The position numbers and the translations under genes were made by a program. This document shows, piece by piece, positions 59,821 through 64,000 of a stretch of DNA of 64,000 bases. The stretch is from contig NC_052153.1 of assembly GCF_902713615.1 (NCBI RefSeq), forward strand, positions 191,379,394 through 191,443,393, in the 5' to 3' direction. The DNA comes from Scyliorhinus canicula. Its lineage: Eukaryota. The stretch's first letter is position 1. Every line of letters starts with the position of its first letter. The notes under the pieces are model-generated. The model ran no database searches, was not told where the DNA came from, and worked only from the letters and a program-made list of their open reading frames with translations.

Positions 59821-60384
59821 TAGTGTTGCATTCATGCTTCCCCTGACCCATCCATTGCCCTATCAGTGGGACAAGAATGTGGTGTATATCCTGGACGTTT
59901 ACCTCTCAGCACTGAACTGTGTGGACCTTCGAGCCACCAGACTCTACACCTGTGAGGGGACTGATCAGCTGTCTTGACGCCCTGTGTCGGGAAATTCCAA
60001 CTTCATCTTCAAGACATGTCATTAATCTCGGCATTTAAACCGAAACATGACAGACTGCAGACTGTGCAAGGTGATTTACTTGTTCTTTAGCCCCATGTAA
60101 TCTCTTGTAACTGGGAGTAGCAATCTGCCCAATAATCTGAGATAGAAGTGGGGTCACTCGAGTTCATTCCAAGAACTCTGCAAAAGAAATGCTGCATGCC
60201 AATAAAAGATTAAATGTGCTTTATTAAACTGTGAATTATAATATGCTGCAGTAGGATACAAACAGAGAGGGGGACGGACCATTAACTCTGGTTGGTAACA
60301 GACTGCCCGTGATAACATGATAGGATGTCGTACAGACAATGAAGTCAGCTCTTTGAAAGAGCTGTCCAATTAGACCAAGCTGTG

Positions 60385-60688
60385 GGCAGCCCGGTGGCAT
60401 AGTGGTTAACACAATTGCTTCACAGCTCCGGGGGCCCAGGTTCGATTCCCGGCTTGGGTCACTGTCTGTGCGGAGTCTGCACGTTCTCCCCGTGTCTGCG
60501 TGGGTTTTCTCCAGTTTCCTCCCACAGTCCAAAGACGTGCAGGTTAGGTGGATTGGCCGTGCTAAATTGCCCTCAGTGTCCAGAAAATGGGAGCTGGGGT
60601 TACGGGGTAGGGTGCTCTTTCCAAGGACTGGTGCAGACTCGATGGGCTGAATGGCCTCCTTCGGCACTGTAAATTCTATGATTCTATA
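60385..60688 (+). mobile_element. HE1 SINE with CR1 tail
   Basis: HE1 head, body and tail. Confidence 0.9.
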
Positions 60689-60989
60689 CGCCACTCTTTT
60701 CCTCAAAGCCCTGCAAACCTTTGCTTTTCAAGTATTTAGTCAATTCTCTTTTTGAAAGTTACTGCTGAATCTGCTTCCACTGAACACTTAGGGCAGATGA
60801 CCAGGCGTAGGCCCCTTATACCATTGACAATCTCTTCACTTATCTGCATGTTATAAACTGTGTTCCTTCATTGGATGATGAATTATTAATGGTCAGCCAA
60901 TGTTCAGTTACATTTCCATTTAACGTTCTCTGAGGACGTTAAGGGGCGGGTGTAATAGGCAGAGTGAGAGACAGAACGTATTGATTTGC

Positions 60990-63110
60990 ACCAAGTCCCA
61001 TTCCTTACCCTATGATTGGCTGTGCTCGCTGGCCTACATTGGCTTCCAGTCCAGCGACACCGCCATTTTGAAATTCTCATCCATGTTCTCACATCTGTCC
61101 ATGGCCTCCTGCCCCCCCCACCTCTGTAATCTCCTACCGCCCCACAACCCCCCTCGCCATCTCTGTAATCTCCTACCACCTCACAACCCCCCTCGCCACC
61201 TCTGTAATCTCCTGCCGCCCCACAACCCCCCTCGCCACCTCTGTAATCTCCAGCCACCCCACAACCCCCCTCGCCACCTCTGTAATCTCCTACCACCTCA
61301 CAACCCCCCTCGCCACCTCTGTAATCTCCTACCGCCCCACAACCCCCCTCGCCACCTCTGTAATCTCCTACCACCTCACAACCCCCCTCGCCACCTCTGT
61401 AATCTCCTGCCGCCCCACAACCCCCCTCGCCACCTCTGTAATCTCCTGCCACCCCACAACCCCCCTCGCCACCTCTGTAATCTCCTACCGCCCCACAACC
61501 CCCCTCGCCACCTCTGTAATCTCCTGCCACCTCACAACCCCCCTCGCCATCTCTGTAATCTCCTGCCGCCCCACAACCCCCCTCGCCACCTCTGTAATCT
61601 CCAGCCACCTCACAACCCCCCTCGCCACCTCTGTAATCTCCTGCCGCCCCACAACCCCCCTCGCCACCTCTGTAATCTCCAGCCACCTCACAACCCCCCC
61701 TCGCCACCTCTGTAATCTCCTGCCACCTCACAACCCCCTCGCCACCTCTGTAATCTCCTGCCACCTCACAACCCCCCTCGCCACCTCTGTAATCTCCTGC
61801 CACCCCACAACCCCCCTCGCCACCTCTGTAATCTCCTACCGCCCCACAACCCCCCTCGCCATCTCTGTAATCTCCTACCACCTCACAACCCCCCTCGCCA
61901 TCTCTGTAATCTCGTGCCGCCCCACAACCCCCCTCGCCACCTCTGTAATCTCCTGCCGCCCCACAACCCCCCTCGCCACCTCTGTAATCTCCAGCCGCCC
62001 CACAACCCTCCTCGCCACCTCTGTAATCTCCTACCGCCCCACAACCCCCCTCGCCACCTCTGTAATCTCCTGCCAACTCACAACCCCCCTCGCCACCTCT
62101 GTAATCTCCTGCCACCTCACAACCCCCCTCGCCACCTCTGTAATCTCCTACCGCCCCACAACCCCCCTTGCCACCTCTGTAATCTCCTACCGCCCCACAA
62201 CCCCCCTCGCCACCTCTGTAATCTCCTGCCGCCCCATAACCCCCCTCGCCACCTCTGTAATCTCGTGCCGCCCCACAACCCCCCTCGCCACCTCTGTAAT
62301 CTCGTGCCGCCCCACAACCCCCCTCGCCACCTCTGTAATCTCCTGCCGCCCCATAACCCCCCTCGCCACCTCTGTAATCTCCTGCCGCCCCACAACCCCC
62401 CTCGCCACCTCTGTAATCTCGTGCCGCCCCACAATCCCCCTTGCCACCTCTGTAATCTCCTGCCACCTCACAACACCCCTCGCCACCTCTGTAATCTCCA
62501 GCCACCTCACAACCCCCCTCGCCACCTCTGTAATCTCCTGCCGCCCCATAACCCCCCTCGCCACCTCTGTAATCTCGTGCCGCCCCACAACCCCCCTCGC
62601 CACCTCTGTAATTTCCTGCCGCCCCATAACCCCCCTCGCCACCTCTGTAATCTCCTGCCACCCCACAACCCCCCTCGCCACCTCTGTAATCTCGTGCCGC
62701 CCCACAACCCCCCTCGCCACCTCTGTAATTTCCTGCCGCCCCATAACCCCCCTCGCCACCTCTGTAATCTCCTGCCACCCCACAACCCCCCTCGCCACCT
62801 CTGTAATCTCCTGCCACCTCACAACCCCCCTCGCCACCTCTGTAATCTCCTGCCACCTCACAACCCCCCTCGCCATCTCTGTAATCTCCAGCCACCTCAC
62901 AACCCCCCTCGCCACCTCTGTAATCTCCTGCCACCTCACAACCCCCCTCGCCACCTCTGTAATCTCCTGCCGCCCCACAACACCTCGCCACCTCTGTATT
63001 CTCCTGCCACCTCACAACCCTCTGGCATATTTGTGCTTCGCTAATTCTGGCTTCTTGAGCAGCCCTGGTGTTATTTGTTCCACCATTGCAGAGTGACCTA
63101 GGAACATCGA
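60990..63110 (+). mobile_element. L2 LINE ORF2 C-terminal remnant, split by a minisatellite
   Basis: Left flank VLAGLHWLPVQRHRHFEILIHVLTSVHGLLPPHLCNLL; right flank ..TTCGCTAATTCTGGCTTCTTGAGC (RSxNSGLL-like). Confidence 0.75.
61110..63020. repeat. 39-bp minisatellite (CCTCTGTAATCTCCTGCCGCCCCACAACCCCCCTCGCCA), ~49 copies
   Basis: CCTCTGTAAT from 61121 to 62991, period 39 with a few 1-bp indels. Confidence 0.97.
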
Positions 63111-63244
63111 CCTCTCTATCTACAGCAGAGTTAAGCTGTGGCTAATGCGCTCCTGTTAACCTCTGAATGGATTGAGCAGTTTAACAATTAAGACAAGCTA
63201 ATTAAAACTCTTAACAAGGGTTCCTGGAAGAGACAATCCCTTTA

Positions 63245-63530
63245 GGGGGAGGTGGTGGCGCAGTGGTACTGTTGCTGGACTCGTAAACCAGAGACCTAGG
63301 GTAAAGCTCTGGGGACCCAGGTTCAAACCCCACCACTGCTGATGGTGAAATTTGAATTTAATAAATATCTGGAATTAAAAGTCTAACGCTGAAACCATTG
63401 TTGATTGTCATTAAAACCCATCAGGTTCACTAATGTTCTTACCCGGTCTGGCCTACATGTGACTCCAGACCCACAGCAATGTGGTTGACTCTTAACTGCC
63501 CCTCAAGGGCAATTAGGGATACGTCCACGA
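63245..63530 (+). mobile_element. SINE family C copy
   Basis: Colinear with 32540-32885. Confidence 0.75.
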
Positions 63531-64000
63531 CCTATGAACAAATTTTTAAAATAGTATCAAAAGTGGCGGTGGGAGGGCGAAGAACATAATGGTCTGTTAG
63601 TTAGCCAGGTCCTCCTGCGAAGATGGTTGTTTTCTCTGTGTTTCTCATTATCCAGTTCGATGTGACTGTCTCTGTAATTGGATCTGGAAATCCATTCCAC
63701 CTGTCCCTTAACATCCTCAGAGAACAGCTTTGGAAATGTAACTGAAATTGGCTGACCGTTAATAATTCAGCACGCTTTGCGATAAAGAGGATAGAAGATA
63801 ATTAATAAGTAAACAGTTGGAGGGGGCGAGACGGAAACATGAAGTGCACACAGACCAACCAGACAGTCACGCAGAGAGACAGATGGCAGGATAGAGACAC
63901 AGGCAGATAGAGAGAGAGAGACACAGCGGGGTAGAAATCGGCATACGACTGGATCAACGAGAGCCAGATTCAGGGTCTACTCATGTCCCCGAGGGAAGGG

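Noticed and set aside
60904-63044. 703-aa Gly-rich (GDYRGGEGGC) and 376-aa Pro/His-rich ORFs as structural protein genes
   Set aside because: Both are readings of a 39-bp minisatellite embedded in an L2 remnant; the unit lacks stops in those frames and 1-bp indels switch frames.
1503-63530. tRNA genes
   Set aside because: All A/B-box matches are SINE heads continuing into SINE bodies; no complete cloverleaf recognised.
48752-64000. TESK1 exon 2 (expected V.HR..GQVM.LKMN..SNR.N.L.EVQLMNRL.HPNILR)
   Set aside because: Not found in the non-repeat stretches by eye. A candidate acceptor at ~63655 translates to unrelated sequence. The intron probably extends past the window.

Overview
Eukaryotic, very repeat-rich vertebrate DNA, almost certainly from a cartilaginous fish (shark). 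This rests on abundant HE1-type SINEs with CR1/HER1 tails, plus CR1, Rex1/Babar, L1, L2 and Penelope remnants. Two host genes are supported, both on the + strand. (1) A spliced immunoglobulin-superfamily receptor: V-set exon 7000-7353, transmembrane exon 12173-12272 with a mid-membrane Lys, and cytoplasmic exon 15672-15798 with one YxN motif; all splice phases are compatible. (2) The CpG-island promoter and first coding exon (48533-48751) of a TESK-family kinase, most like TESK1; its next exon was not found in the window. The rest is largely transposon-derived. This includes several solo-LTR families with verifiable TSDs, a GC-rich TIR (Harbinger-like) MITE family with 3-bp TSDs carrying CRE/NRF1-type motifs, several nested insertions, and at least eight minisatellites. 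One minisatellite (39 bp x ~49) expanded from inside an L2 ORF2 remnant. Most long ORFs in the supplied track are repeat artefacts or TE fragments. Repeat family names come from pattern recognition, not database searches. Boundaries are approximate unless a TSD or splice site is quoted.
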